The notes below the pieces were generated by a model. That model made no database searches and was not told the origin of the DNA. It saw nothing but the letters and a program-made list of their open reading frames with translations. Of a stretch of 45,263 nt of DNA, positions 13,801 through 24,684 are shown piece by piece (position 1 is the stretch's first letter; every line of letters begins with the position of its first letter). The stretch comes from Reclinomonas americana ATCC 50394 (lineage: Eukaryota). The stretch is from positions 93,373 to 138,635 of the forward strand of contig PS015137.1 of assembly GCA_048213135.1 (NCBI GenBank). The letters are read 5' to 3'. The position numbers and the translations under genes are program-made.

Positions 13801-15529
13801 ACCCTCCTGCAGCGGCGACCGTCTGCTCCGCACCACTACAGCACAACATAGTCAGCAACTGCGGCACGTATGCTTTCCACGCAGAGGACGCCACACCTCG
13901 CTCCACCGGCTTGCATGGATTGGAGTAGAGCCGCAACGTGACCGTCGTCGGGCTGGAATTCCTGCAGCCTGGAGGCGACAAGCTGTGAGTTTCATGATCG
14001 TCTGAAAGAAGGCGAGTTGGTGAGACAGCGCAACTGTGACAACACGCGCTTGCGGTGCTTGCGAGCGAGGCGCTCGCGCCGTTCGTTCCACTTGAAGAAC
14101 TTGTCTTCCTGCACATGTCGCGAATGATTCAGCTGGGAAAAAGCCGATTACAAGCGCACGCTTTTCCCCCTCCTTCCCCCTTACACACCGCACTCTCCGC
14201 CTTGACGTGCGCACGGTACTCTGCAGGCGGCGGCGGCGCACGCAGCAACTTGGCTTGCTCCTGCTCCTCGTGACGTTTCCGAGCCTCTTCTGATCGCTCC
14301 TGCCTCTTTCGCACGTCACTCGACATGCGCTGGACGAGAACCCTGGCGAGAAAACAGAGCACGCAAATGAGCAATGAAAGGCAATCGGCTCCCAACAAGA
14401 CCTCCTCTCGCAACTGCACATCGTCGGGCCGCAGTCCTCGAGAGCGCGACGAGTGGCGCCCACCGCTGTCGGCGCGTGGCGCCGCCGACGAGCGATTCAC
14501 AGATCCACTGCGCGCCATGGACCGCGCCGAATCGTGATCCTTCTTCCTCTTGTCCTTCTTTTGCGGCAGCTTCCGATCGGGCGACATGGAGTTGGCGAGG
14601 CGAGTGATCTTGGGCGGTGAGTTGAGCACCTCTAGCTGCGCACGCGCGCGCTTCTCCTGCGCGGGCTTGGCCAAGCCGTCCATGTACTTTTTCTGTGAGC
14701 CAGCCGAGCGACGCTGCGCCGAGGTGGAGCGCCGGAAATAGGAGGCGCTGGTGGCGGCCAATTCGCTGGCACGCAGCGGTCGTTCAGGATCACTGTCCGT
14801 GTCCACATCAACCTGCAGCCACGCAGGTCGCGGACCGCCAACCGCTGGAGCTCCCAGTGGGTGCGACGGAGCACTCGGGCCTCCCCGCAGCGGAGAGGAA
14901 GCCGGACGCAGTGCTTCGACAGTGGCGGCGCTGGCCGTGAATGTGCTGATGCGACCGCCCGACACTGCGCACCCGAGTAGGGCGACGGATGAGAGAGAGA
15001 ATGGGGGAACGGAGTGAGAGAGGAGAGACACAACACCAACCGTGACTGCCCGAGGCCGAGGGCGAAGAGCTGCGACGCGAGAGAGGCCGACCGAGACGCT
15101 TGGCCTTGGGCGCGATCACCGAGTCGGGCATGTACGAGACCATGCGTTGCAGGAGGGTCTCCAGTGGCAACTAACCAGCGCGAGATGTGAGTGCATGCGT
15201 GGACAGAGCAGAGCGCACGCAAAGACGAAACATTGAGGTCGGCAGTCATCAGGTCGCCACCGTCGGGGAAGTGCAAGACAAAGTCGGGTCGTTGTTTCGA
15301 TTTGTGTTGCGCCACGACGCTCTCGTAGGGTTGGAGAACAAAGTTGGAGAACTCGCGGTCCACCGCGGGGTCGATGACGTTGGTGGCTGGGAGGGGAAGG
15401 GGGGGAAGGGGGAGAAGGGGGGAGAAGGGGGGAGGAGGGGGAGAAGGGGGGGAAGGGAGGAAAGGGTGAGGGGGAGAAAGGGGAAGGGGTGAGGAGAAGG
15501 AGAGACAGACATAAGGAGAGAGAGAGAGA

Positions 15530-15619
<90 letters not shown>

Positions 15620-15639
15620 NNNNNNNNNNNNNNNNNNNN

Positions 15640-15676
<37 letters not shown>

Positions 15677-15989
15677 GAGAGTGAGAGTGAGCGTGTGATC
15701 GATCTCGAAACTCAACGTCGAAACGCTGCATTTGGGTTGCGTGTGGTGGCGATCTGAGGGCCAGGCAGCTCATCAAAGCTGCGCAGAGGGCGGCCTGTGG
15801 CGATATGCACAAACACACACACAGAGAGAGAAAAAGAGAGAGTGAGCGTTCACATGCATTCTCTCTCCCTCCGTGCGTGTGCGTAACGAGGAAGCTGACT
15901 CTCGCTGTGAGCAAGGTGGGCAGTGAGCGTAGAGTGGGGAGATGAGAGGGAGAGAGCGAGAGAGAAGCGAACCTCAGTCGTCGTTCCAT
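10816..15989 (-). CDS. Multi-exon protein of unknown function with coiled-coil segments and a Lys/Asp-rich plus poly-Ser C-terminal region
   Basis: ATG at 15989 (MERRLSESQLPRRPLRSFDELPGPQ...). About 16 exons join in phase (PTNVIDPAVDREFSNF; LPLETLLQRM; EELELLRAEILDLEMRIEATK; FEQRLRRIELENK; KKKKQKDKEVKDKK...). The frame of the last two exons is ambiguous (stop at 10883 giving ...CCPLC, or at 10816). No family recognised. Confidence 0.7.
12121..12500. repeat. Intronic purine-rich low-complexity tract (ggggagaag-type 9-bp units on +)
   Basis: Direct reading. Confidence 0.85.
15390..15690. repeat. Intronic GA-rich tract and (GA)n microsatellite with a 20-N break
   Basis: Direct reading. Confidence 0.9.
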
Positions 15990-17031
15990 TGCGCGCGAAA
16001 TCGTAAATTGAAATTTTCTCGCGATCGCCGGTTTCCCACTGGTGCACTCTGTGGTGTGATGAGCTGTGCTTGGCGTGTATCTTGCTTATCAGAGGCATTC
16101 ACACCGTGCAGTCCAACCGATAAAAGCAGGGGAAGCTGTTGCATGCATGAAATGTGCGTTCGGTTTTTTTATCGTGGAGCTGTCCTCGTGATCGCCCTGC
16201 TTCGTACTGTCGCAGTAGATGGTGCTGCATAGCAACTCAATGCGCGACCCGTCTCCATTGATCTGCATATCGATCGATATCCGGACGTCGACGAATATTA
16301 ATTCGCGATCGCGATCGACAACAACAAATTCATTCACCAACAAACACACAACAGCTGGTCTTGATGACCAAGTTACCGTGTGCAAAACATCAACACAGAC
16401 ACCAATCTTGAGGCAGCAGCAGGTTCCCTGTGTGTCTGTGTGTGTTCGCTCTCGCGATCGAGAAAGTTTAAAATTCGATCTTCGTTTGATATCGACTGGC
16501 TTTGCTTCCTGCAAGGAAAGACGCCTGCTGAAGAAGAGAACCTGTGTGTTTATCTGTTGTCGGTGTGCCAAAGTCATTGTCGCGCTCGGCAAGCGATTTG
16601 TGGACATTTTGTCGCATTATTGGCTTTATTTTTGTTCGAATTCTCGTTTGCCATGCTGATCCGTGTACATCATTTGCATCGCACACTCTGCCTTCCCCTG
16701 CTGCATTACTATTCCCCCTTTCCCCTTTCCCCTTCCAACTTCGGTCGACATCGACCGTTGAGACTTGTCCCAAGTCCAATCTGTCCCAAATACCACTCTG
16801 TCCCTACCACATACCAAATATGGCGCTGAGATCGTTTTCGGGCGGTGTTGCATCGAAACTGATCCATATTCTCTTTCTTGCATAGTTGTGAGCAGTGGCA
16901 ATCACCAGTACCAGTACCTTCAACGCACACACACACACACACACACAAGGTGGGACTGCGCGCACACACAGACACTCACTCACACGAAGAGACAAGTCAC
17001 TCACCCAACAGTGTGCGACACGCAGATCACC
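15990..17031. promoter_or_regulatory. Putative divergent promoter/5'-UTR region between head-to-head genes
   Basis: Lies between ATG 15989 (-) and ATG 17032 (+). AT-richer than the exons, no convincing ORF, clustered ATCGAT/TCGCGA palindromes. Positional inference only. Confidence 0.45.
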
Positions 17032-18359
17032 ATGTTTGCCCCCCCTCGCAAGTCGCAGCCTCGCCAGTCCACCTCCAAGTCCTCATCGCGCAACGGAAGC
17101 GATGCAGGCTCGATGTCCTCGTCCGCTCACGACGCCACACACTGGACACTGACCTACCGCAAGCCGTCCGATTTCGAGCGCGGCTCACTCAACAAGCACG
17201 CCAATAGCGAGTACAATGAGGTTTGTTTTGTCGATAAGTGTGTTGTCTGTCTGTGTGGAATATTTTTTCCGTGGTCTCAAGTCAGTTTCCCGTTTTTTTT
17301 TCTTGTTTGTTTGTTTGTTCCATGCAGTATCAACGCCGTCAAGCGCGTCTGGCCCAGCGCTCGCCCTTCTCCAAGCAGCACGACTCGATGTACACGTTCC
17401 GCACCGATCGTCCCAAGTCGGCACAGCGCCCCGATGCCAGTTGCGTCTCTCTCTCACTCACTGTCTCTCTTCGCCACACCGTGCTGACTGGCGTTGTGCG
17501 TTGTGTAGATCACCCTGAGCCGACCAAGCCGCTGGTGAGCGACTTTGACATCAAGACGCACTCGCGACGAGTGAGCAAGGCGGTGGATGTGGCGCGTCGG
17601 CGATCGGAGAAGCACCGCAGCAAGAAGGCCGGCAACTCGCGTGCCACGGCCACGGTGGTCTCCACCTCTGGCCGCACGGTGTTTGAGCGTCTGTTCCACG
17701 ATGCGCAGCAGCGCGAGGTTGCACTGGAGACGCGCCGCAATGAGGAGATGCAGAGACTCGAGGTTTGTGCCGCACACAACACACACAGTGTCATGCGTGC
17801 TTGATGCTGACTTGCGCGGTGGTGTGTAGGATGACTTGGAGTCGACGTGCTCGGAGTACCTCGCCACACACTCGCGCCCGCGCACGCCTCGGTCGCGCGC
17901 CGCCACACCCATGAGCATGTACGGTCCCGAGGATACCATGTCGATGGTGTCGGGCAAGTCGGCGGTGTCGCAGCGAACACGCTCGCGCACGCCGGTGAGC
18001 ATGTACGGCGCCCTCAGTGAGTGCTACTCGCTGGCCAGCCTCGGCTCCTACTACGACATGAACGCGACGACGCTGCGTCGCATTGTGCCTCGGTCGGACT
18101 ACTTGCGCCACGAGACGTTTGTCGATCGGTTGCTGTCGGAGCGCAAGGGTGCGTGGTCAGCAACACCGCGGTTCTCCCGTGTCCTCCCAACCGCCTGCCG
18201 CGGCAACTGAGAGGAGCGCTCGTCGCTCGCAACCTCTTAGTTTTTTCCTCTGTTTTTTTCTCCCTCTCTATCTCTCTCCATACAAACGCCACTCTACCGA
18301 TATCCCTCTCGGTGTGGCGTGCAGCTGTAGAACAACTAACATACGCATGCAAGTTTTGA
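17032..18359 (+). CDS. Five-exon Ser/Arg-rich protein of unknown function
   Basis: MFAPPRKSQPRQSTS...; exons 17032-17220, 17328-17439, 17509-17763, 17830-18148 and 18325-18359 join in phase; contains a TVFERLFHDA motif and a short coiled coil. An AG acceptor just before the ATG suggests a further upstream exon. Confidence 0.7.
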
Positions 18360-18558
18360 GTTTGGATGGCGCCCTGGGCGGCGCGCAATGTACCACTACG
18401 AATAGATAATCGAGATGTGTGGGGAGACAAGGGAGAGTGAGGCAAGGGAGGAAACAAACAAACCAAGGGTTGCGCTGAGCGGCTGTACAGCAAACGTATG
18501 CCCTTCGCGAGTGTCCTGGTCAGGTGTGTCGGGATAGGATTTCTCCGCAAACCACGCC

Positions 18559-19638
18559 ATGACCTCCCCTCCTCCCTCCCTCCCGCACAAGTGCCTGCGA
18601 GTGCGCCCTCCTTTGAATGCGGTTGGTGTTCTGACTCCCGATGGGGAGCACATGGTGAACAAGCACGAGCCAGTGTTAATACTCTGGTCGCTGGCGAGCA
18701 AAGAAGTGGTGCGGCGCATGGACGGACACAGGGAATGGGTGATATGTGTCGCCGTCGCCTCCAATGGTCAGCACATTGTCAGCGGCGGTTGGGACCACAC
18801 CGTCAGGGTGTGGTCGCTTACGAGTGGAGAGGAATTACGAATGTTCAGAGGCCACACTGCGTACGTGCAGTCGGTTGCCGTCACTCCCGATGGTCAGCTC
18901 ATTGCAAGCGGTAGTGCCGACAACACTGTGCGTGTGTGGTCGCTGGCGAGTGAGAAAGCGATGCATCGGTTGGAGGGACACTATTCGGTGGTGGACTCGG
19001 TGGCTTTCACTCCCGACGGTCGGCACGTGGTGGCCGGCGGCTACATGATCGTACTCGTGTGGTCGATGGCAAGTGGAGCGGAAGTGAGGCGGTTTGAGGG
19101 TCACGCAGATCTGGTGATGGCTGTCGCTGTTACTCCCGATGGGCAGCACGTGGTGAGCGGGGGTGACGACAGCACTGTGCGAGTGTGGTCACTGGCGAGT
19201 GGCGAGGAGGTGCGCCGATTCGAGGGACATACACATGGGGTGAGAGCTGTCGCCATCACTCCCGACGGGCGGCACGTGGTTAGCGGAAGTGACGACAAGA
19301 CCGTGCGCGTGTGGTCACTGGCGACGGGAGAAGAAGTGCGACGATTAGAGGGACACAGTTGGAAAGTGCGCTCTGTCGCCATCACTCGAGATATGCAGTG
19401 CATCGTCAGCGGCGGTGAGGACCAGACGGTGCGGGTGTGGTACACTCCTTGCGGACTCGCTCGACAGGAGCTCGACTGCGCTCGACTGGCCATGCAGGTG
19501 GTGCAGGAGGTGCAGCAAGAGGAGGAGGAAGAGGAGGTGGTGGGGGATCGTCGGTGCCTGGTTGAGATCGTGCTGCGCTGCTTCTTGGTCGAGGAGGCGG
19601 AGGTCGTTCTCCACCGGCGCTGTAGCCTCTCGTGGTGA
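18559..19638 (+). CDS. Intronless WD40 protein, array copy 1 (7 repeats, first degenerate) with conserved C-terminal tail
   Basis: 359-aa ORF; 42-aa repeats GHxxxVxxVAxTPDGxHVVSGxxDxTVRVWSLxSGEEVRR; tail GLARQELDC...RCLVEIVLRCFLVEEAEVVLHR. Confidence 0.93.
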   Translation: MTSPPPSLPHKCLRVRPPLNAVGVLTPDGEHMVNKHEPVLILWSLASKEVVRRMDGHREWVICVAVASNGQHIVSGGWDHTVRVWSLTSGEELRMFRGHTAYVQSVAVTPDGQLIASGSADNTVRVWSLASEKAMHRLEGHYSVVDSVAFTPDGRHVVAGGYMIVLVWSMASGAEVRRFEGHADLVMAVAVTPDGQHVVSGGDDSTVRVWSLASGEEVRRFEGHTHGVRAVAITPDGRHVVSGSDDKTVRVWSLATGEEVRRLEGHSWKVRSVAITRDMQCIVSGGEDQTVRVWYTPCGLARQELDCARLAMQVVQEVQQEEEEEEVVGDRRCLVEIVLRCFLVEEAEVVLHRRCSLSW

Positions 19639-19773
19639 CTTGCAGAACGATCGCAGTGGAGGTTGAAGACGTATCCGCCTGGCGTCATCAACATTCACTT
19701 TGGTTGCTCGCGGCAACAACCACGGTTCGTCAGGACGCTCAAACTTTCTGGTTTGCTACTGAGACCGAAGGCA

Positions 19774-19825
19774 ATGTCTGACGAGGATCGACAAGCTGTG
19801 GCTCACCGAGGGTATGCAGTCTCGT

Positions 19826-19880
<55 letters not shown>

Positions 19881-20980
19881 GTGTGCGTGTGTGTGCGTAT
19901 GTGTGAGAGAGAGAAAGTCGATTGCGGTGCCAACCTTGCCACGCGCAGCCTGGAGCGTGAATCAACAGCGCTTACTGCAGCTGTGTTGTCGCCAGCAGAG
20001 CAGATCAGGTTTGGTCGCCACACCACTTGCTTATGTAAAATGAGCACCCGCTGACCCGTATATTCCACAGTGCCCTGGAACGTCTACTTCAAGAACAGAG
20101 GGCGGCACGGAGGAGGATTGAGGATCTGTACACCATTCAGCGGCAAAAGCGCAAGGCTGCAAAATCGGAGGCGAAGAACTTACGCGAGCGCCTGGACGAC
20201 ACGCAGCGTTACCACGAGGAACTCCTCCAACAAGAGCAGGCGCACAAGGCCGCCATTGGCAAACTTACTGCCGAACTTGCGGAGGCCGAGAAAGAACACA
20301 AGGCCACTGTTGCCGACCTCTCGGCCCAGTTGGCCAACAAGAACGTGGAGATCGCGGAGCTCGACACTCGCATCGCTGTCCTGGAACGAGTCATCCAAGA
20401 CAAGGGCGAGGAGATCAGGAAGCTTAGTGATGAGGTCGCCGAGCTTTGCCAGCGTGTGGGCGTACTCGCTGAGGACGGCAGACGCAAGGGCGAGCAGATT
20501 GCAGGGCTCGAGTCTCGCATTACACAACTAGAAGGCGTCGAGGGCAAGCAGGAGCTACTTGTCGTTCGGCAGCTCGTTCTCGAGGTCGAGGAGAGCCTTT
20601 TCTCGGTTGTCGAGGCCGGAATCCCGGATGAGTGGCACACTGACTTTGGGTCGTACTCAGTGGCCGACGGCCACGACAAGATCAGGAGCTTCAAGGATCT
20701 GATGGCCGTTGTCAAGCATGTGGACAACGCCGCTGCGAGGTGTCTCCGGGTGGCGATCGAGACGAAGCTCCTCGAACTGGGTGTCACTCTGAATCTCGAC
20801 GCGTTTTGCGTGAAGGCGAAGGCGCTGAAGGCACCTGGCAACACCTTCGCGCATGAAGATGCCGCTCAGCTTCTTCGCGCTGCCGTTGCCGACAATCAAC
20901 TTTCCGAGACGTTCAGGCGTGCGCACTTCAACCCGCGACACGAGATCATCAACCTGTATCGATCGTTGAATGTACCCTAG
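19774..20980 (+). CDS. Three-exon coiled-coil protein (about 335 aa) with a helical C-terminal domain, located inside the WD40 array
   Basis: Exons 19774-19811, 19949-20008 and 20071-20980 join in phase 2/2 (MSDEDRQAVAHRG-LERESTALTAAVLSPAEQIS-ALERLLQEQRAARR...). Heptad-like LSAQLANKNVEIAELDTRIAVLERVIQDKGEEIRKL. Ends TAG. Confidence 0.8.
19827..19915. repeat. (GT)n microsatellite in intron
   Basis: Direct reading. Confidence 0.95.
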
Positions 20981-21080
20981 CATCTCGTTCAGCCCTCCAA
21001 GAAACAAAACCGGCGACTTCATGCGTCGGTGGTGCGTCCCGTGACTCTTCTCATTTGGGAATTTCTCCGCCAACCACGCC

Positions 21081-22163
21081 ATGACCTCCACTCCTCCCTC
21101 TCTCCCGCACAAGTGCCTGCGTGGACACACTGCATGGGTGACGTGCGTCGCTGTCACTCCCGACGGCGAGCACATTGTGAGCGGGGCTGAGGATTGGACC
21201 GTGCGAGTGTGGTCTTTGAAGACAGGCAACGAAGTGCAGCGCTTGGAGGGACACGACAGTGATGTGACGGCTGTTGCCGTCACTCCCGATGGGCAACACG
21301 TGGTGAGCGGCAGTGCCGACGACACTGTGCGTGTGTGGGCGCTGGCGAGTGGCAAGGAACTGTGGCTGTTGGAGGGACACACTCTGGAGGTGCTCTGTGT
21401 CGCCATCACTCCCGACGGGCGGCACGTGGTGAGTGGCGGTGTGGACTCGACAATCCGCGTGTGGTTGCTGGCGAGTGGCGAGGAGGTGCGACTGCTGGAG
21501 GGACATGAGGGGGGCGTGTATTCCGTGGCCGTCACTCCCGACGGTCTGCACGTGGTGAGCGGCAGTTGGGACAAGTCGGTGCGTGTGTGGTCACTGGCGA
21601 GTGGTAAGGAAGTGAGGCAGATGAAGCGTCACTCGAATTTCGTGTTGTCCGTGGCCGTGACTCCCGATGGACTGCAGGTGGTGAGTGGAAGTAGCGACAA
21701 TACCGTGCGTGTGTGGTCACTGGCGAGTGGCGAGGAGGTACAACGGTTGGAGGGACACAGTTGGAGTGTGCTTTCCGTCGCCGTCACTCCCGACGGGCAA
21801 CATGTTGTGACTGGTAGCGAGGACACGACGGTGCGCGTGTGGTCACTGGCGAGTGGCCAACAAGTGCGTTGGCTGGAGGGGCACACAGGTTCCGTTAGGA
21901 CTGTTGCTGTCACTCCCGATGGACAGCACGTTGTGAGCGGAAGTCACGACCAGATGGTGCGAGTGTGGTCCACTCCTTGTGGGCTCGCTCAACAGGAGCT
22001 CGACTGCGCTCGCTCGGCAGTGCAGGTGGTGCAAGAGATGCGGGAGGAGGAGGAGGAAGAGGAGGTGGATCTTCGCTGCTTGGCGGAGATCGTCATGCGG
22101 TGTTTCCTGGTCGAGGATGCAGAGGTCGTTTTCCACAGGCGCCGCACAGATAGAGTACTTTGA
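21081..22163 (+). CDS. Intronless WD40 protein, array copy 2
   Basis: 360-aa ORF with seven 42-aa repeats plus tail. Confidence 0.95.
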   Translation: MTSTPPSLPHKCLRGHTAWVTCVAVTPDGEHIVSGAEDWTVRVWSLKTGNEVQRLEGHDSDVTAVAVTPDGQHVVSGSADDTVRVWALASGKELWLLEGHTLEVLCVAITPDGRHVVSGGVDSTIRVWLLASGEEVRLLEGHEGGVYSVAVTPDGLHVVSGSWDKSVRVWSLASGKEVRQMKRHSNFVLSVAVTPDGLQVVSGSSDNTVRVWSLASGEEVQRLEGHSWSVLSVAVTPDGQHVVTGSEDTTVRVWSLASGQQVRWLEGHTGSVRTVAVTPDGQHVVSGSHDQMVRVWSTPCGLAQQELDCARSAVQVVQEMREEEEEEEVDLRCLAEIVMRCFLVEDAEVVFHRRRTDRVL

Positions 22164-22342
22164 GCTCACTCTCTCGTCTCCTTTCGTGGTTATTTGTCGG
22201 TCTGTCTTTTTTGTTCTCGGTTGCGCATGTCTGCTGTAAATGAACAGCTTTTGAAGCGCTGCAGTCTCCACTCTTTGACGTGAATGCGGACGTCGACTGT
22301 GTCCTCCTCCACCGCGCTTCATATCACTTTGCAAGTAGAGCC

Positions 22343-23419
22343 ATGACCACCGCTCCACCCTCCCTCCCACACAGGTGCTTGCACGGGCACTCTGCGTGGG
22401 TCATGTCTGTTACCGCCACTCCCGATGCCCAGCACATTATCAGCGGGGGTTGGGACAGAACCGTGCGCGTGTGGTCGCTGGCGAGTGGCGAAGAAGAGCA
22501 TCTGCTGGAGGGTCACTCTGAGTTGGCGTTGTCTGTCGTCATCACCCCCGACAATCAGCACATTGTCGCCGGCAGCCGTGACAATACCGTGCGTGTGTGG
22601 CTACTGTCGACCAGGCAAGAGGTGCACCGATTGCGTGGGCATGATGCATGGGTGCAGTCGGTCGCCGTCACACCCGATGGCCAGCACGTTGTGAGTGGGA
22701 GTATGGACTCGACGATACGAGTGTGGTCGCTGGCGAGTGGGAAGGAAGTGCGACAGCTGGAGGGACACGGCAGTGATGTGAACTCGGTCGCCGTCACTCC
22801 CGACGGCCAGCTCATTGTGAGCGGGGGCGGAGATATGGCTGTGCGCTTGTGGTCGCTGGCGAGCGGAGAAGAGGTGCGACGAATGGAGGGGCACACAGGT
22901 GCAGTGCACTCGGTCGCCGTCACGCCCAACGGTCTGCACGTGGTGAGTGGGGGTGCCGACAATTCCGTGCGAGTGTGGTCGCTGGCGACAGGCGAGGAGG
23001 TGCGCCGATTCAAAGATCACCCGTGGGCGGTGGTGTCTGTCGCCGTCTCCTCTGACGGGGAGCATGTTGTCAGCGGCTGTGACGATTGGACAGTGCGCGT
23101 GTGGTCGCTGACGAGTGGTAAAGAAGTGCGACGGCTGATGGGGCACACGGACACGGTGAGGTCGGTCGCCATAACTTCCGACCGGCAGTACATTGTGAGC
23201 GGAGGCGATGACTGGACGGTGCGAGTGTGGTCGACGCCGTACTGCCTCGCGCGACAGGAGCTCGATTGCGCTCGTTCAGCCATGTACGTGGCGCAAGAGA
23301 TGAAGGAAGAGGAAGAGGAGCCGGATCCGCGCTGTCTGGTGGAGATCGTCATGCGCTGTTTCTTGGTCGAGGAGGCAGAGGTCGTTCTCCACCGGCACGT
23401 GGCGGATGGCAAGCTTTGA
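22343..23419 (+). CDS. Intronless WD40 protein, array copy 3
   Basis: ATG at 22343 (MTTAPPSLPHRCLHGH) is homologous to the paralog starts; seven repeats plus tail. Confidence 0.95.
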   Translation: MTTAPPSLPHRCLHGHSAWVMSVTATPDAQHIISGGWDRTVRVWSLASGEEEHLLEGHSELALSVVITPDNQHIVAGSRDNTVRVWLLSTRQEVHRLRGHDAWVQSVAVTPDGQHVVSGSMDSTIRVWSLASGKEVRQLEGHGSDVNSVAVTPDGQLIVSGGGDMAVRLWSLASGEEVRRMEGHTGAVHSVAVTPNGLHVVSGGADNSVRVWSLATGEEVRRFKDHPWAVVSVAVSSDGEHVVSGCDDWTVRVWSLTSGKEVRRLMGHTDTVRSVAITSDRQYIVSGGDDWTVRVWSTPYCLARQELDCARSAMYVAQEMKEEEEEPDPRCLVEIVMRCFLVEEAEVVLHRHVADGKL

Positions 23420-23577
23420 ATGTTGGCATATTTTTCCTTTTCTCTCACTCTCTCGCCCCGCAATTACTTTTCTCTTGTTGCCTACTTCCCAGTTGCAACA
23501 GTAAAGCTTTTGAAGAGCGACAACTCGACGTCGGCGGGCGCCGGCGCGGGGTGTCCGTCACAAACACAGATTGATTG

Positions 23578-24684
23578 ATGAACCGCCGTTCGCGCCACCG
23601 TCCCTCGGTTCCAGCACCACCCTCCGTCCCGTGCAAGTGCTTGCGTGGGCACACTGGATGGGTGTCGTCTGTCGCCGTCACCCCAGATGGCAAGCGTATC
23701 GTCAGCGCAAGTTATGACAAAACATTGCGCGTGTGGTCTCTGGCGAGCGGAGAGGAAGTGCGGAGGCTGGAGGGACACACAGAAAAGGTGTACAGTGTTG
23801 CTGTCACTCCCGACTGCCAGCACGTTGTGAGTGGGAGCATGGACAGAACGGTGCGTGTGTGGTTCATGGCAAAAAAGGTGGAGACGCACCGTTTGGAGGG
23901 CCACGCGGGAATGGTGTTGTCTGTCGCTGTCTTTCCTAACGGTCGGCTCGTGGTGAGCGGGAGTGCAGACGAGACGGTACGTGTGTGGTCTCTGGAGAAG
24001 GGAAAGGAAGTGCGGCGACTGCAGGGGCACTCGGGGTGGGTGTACGCCGTCGCTGTCGCTCCCGACGGGCAGCATGTTGTGAGTGGAGGTGCCGACAAGA
24101 CAGTGCGAGTGTGGTTGCCGGCGGAGAGAAAAGAGGTGCTGCGACTGGAGGGGCACTCGGGGTGGGTGTACGCTGTCGCCATCACTCCCGACGGGCAACA
24201 TGTGGTGAGTGGCAGTGAGGACAAGACTGTGCGTGTGTGGTCGCTGGAGAGTGGCGAAGAGGTGCGACGGATGGAGGGGCACACCGATGAGGTGCTTTCA
24301 GTCGCCATCACTCCCAGTGGCGAGCACATTGTGAGTGGAGCTGACGACAACACTGTTCGAATCTGGTCGCTGGCGACAGGCGAGGAGGTGCTGCGCATGG
24401 AGGGGCACACGAGTTTCGTGGCCTCCGTCGCCGTCAGTCCCGACGGACAGCACATCGTAAGCGGCAGCGAAGATGCCACGGTGCGCGTGTGGTCGATGCC
24501 GTATGGTCTCGCTCGAAAGGAGCTCGATTGTGCACGCGCGGTAATGCAGGTGGTGCACGAGATGCAGCAAGAGGCAGAGGAGGAGCCGGATCCTCGCTGT
24601 CTGGTGGAGATTGTGCTTCGGTGTTTCATAGTGGAGGATGCTGAAGTCGTTCTCTACCGATGCTTGGCAGATTGCGTACTTTGA
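23578..24684 (+). CDS. Intronless WD40 protein, array copy 4 (different N-terminus MNRRSRHRPSVPAPP)
   Basis: First ATG at 23578; seven repeats plus tail ending LADCVL. Confidence 0.93.
   Translation: MNRRSRHRPSVPAPPSVPCKCLRGHTGWVSSVAVTPDGKRIVSASYDKTLRVWSLASGEEVRRLEGHTEKVYSVAVTPDCQHVVSGSMDRTVRVWFMAKKVETHRLEGHAGMVLSVAVFPNGRLVVSGSADETVRVWSLEKGKEVRRLQGHSGWVYAVAVAPDGQHVVSGGADKTVRVWLPAERKEVLRLEGHSGWVYAVAITPDGQHVVSGSEDKTVRVWSLESGEEVRRMEGHTDEVLSVAITPSGEHIVSGADDNTVRIWSLATGEEVLRMEGHTSFVASVAVSPDGQHIVSGSEDATVRVWSMPYGLARKELDCARAVMQVVHEMQQEAEEEPDPRCLVEIVLRCFIVEDAEVVLYRCLADCVL

Noticed and set aside
16089-16779. Minus-strand ORFs in the intergenic region (172 aa and 103 aa)
   Set aside because: Composition unlike neighbouring exons, no motifs, no consistent splice structure.
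24670-24684. DCVL-stop ending of WD40 copies 4-7 as CaaX (also ACKF-stop at 18359)
   Set aside because: Cys is third from the end, not fourth, and other copies lack it.
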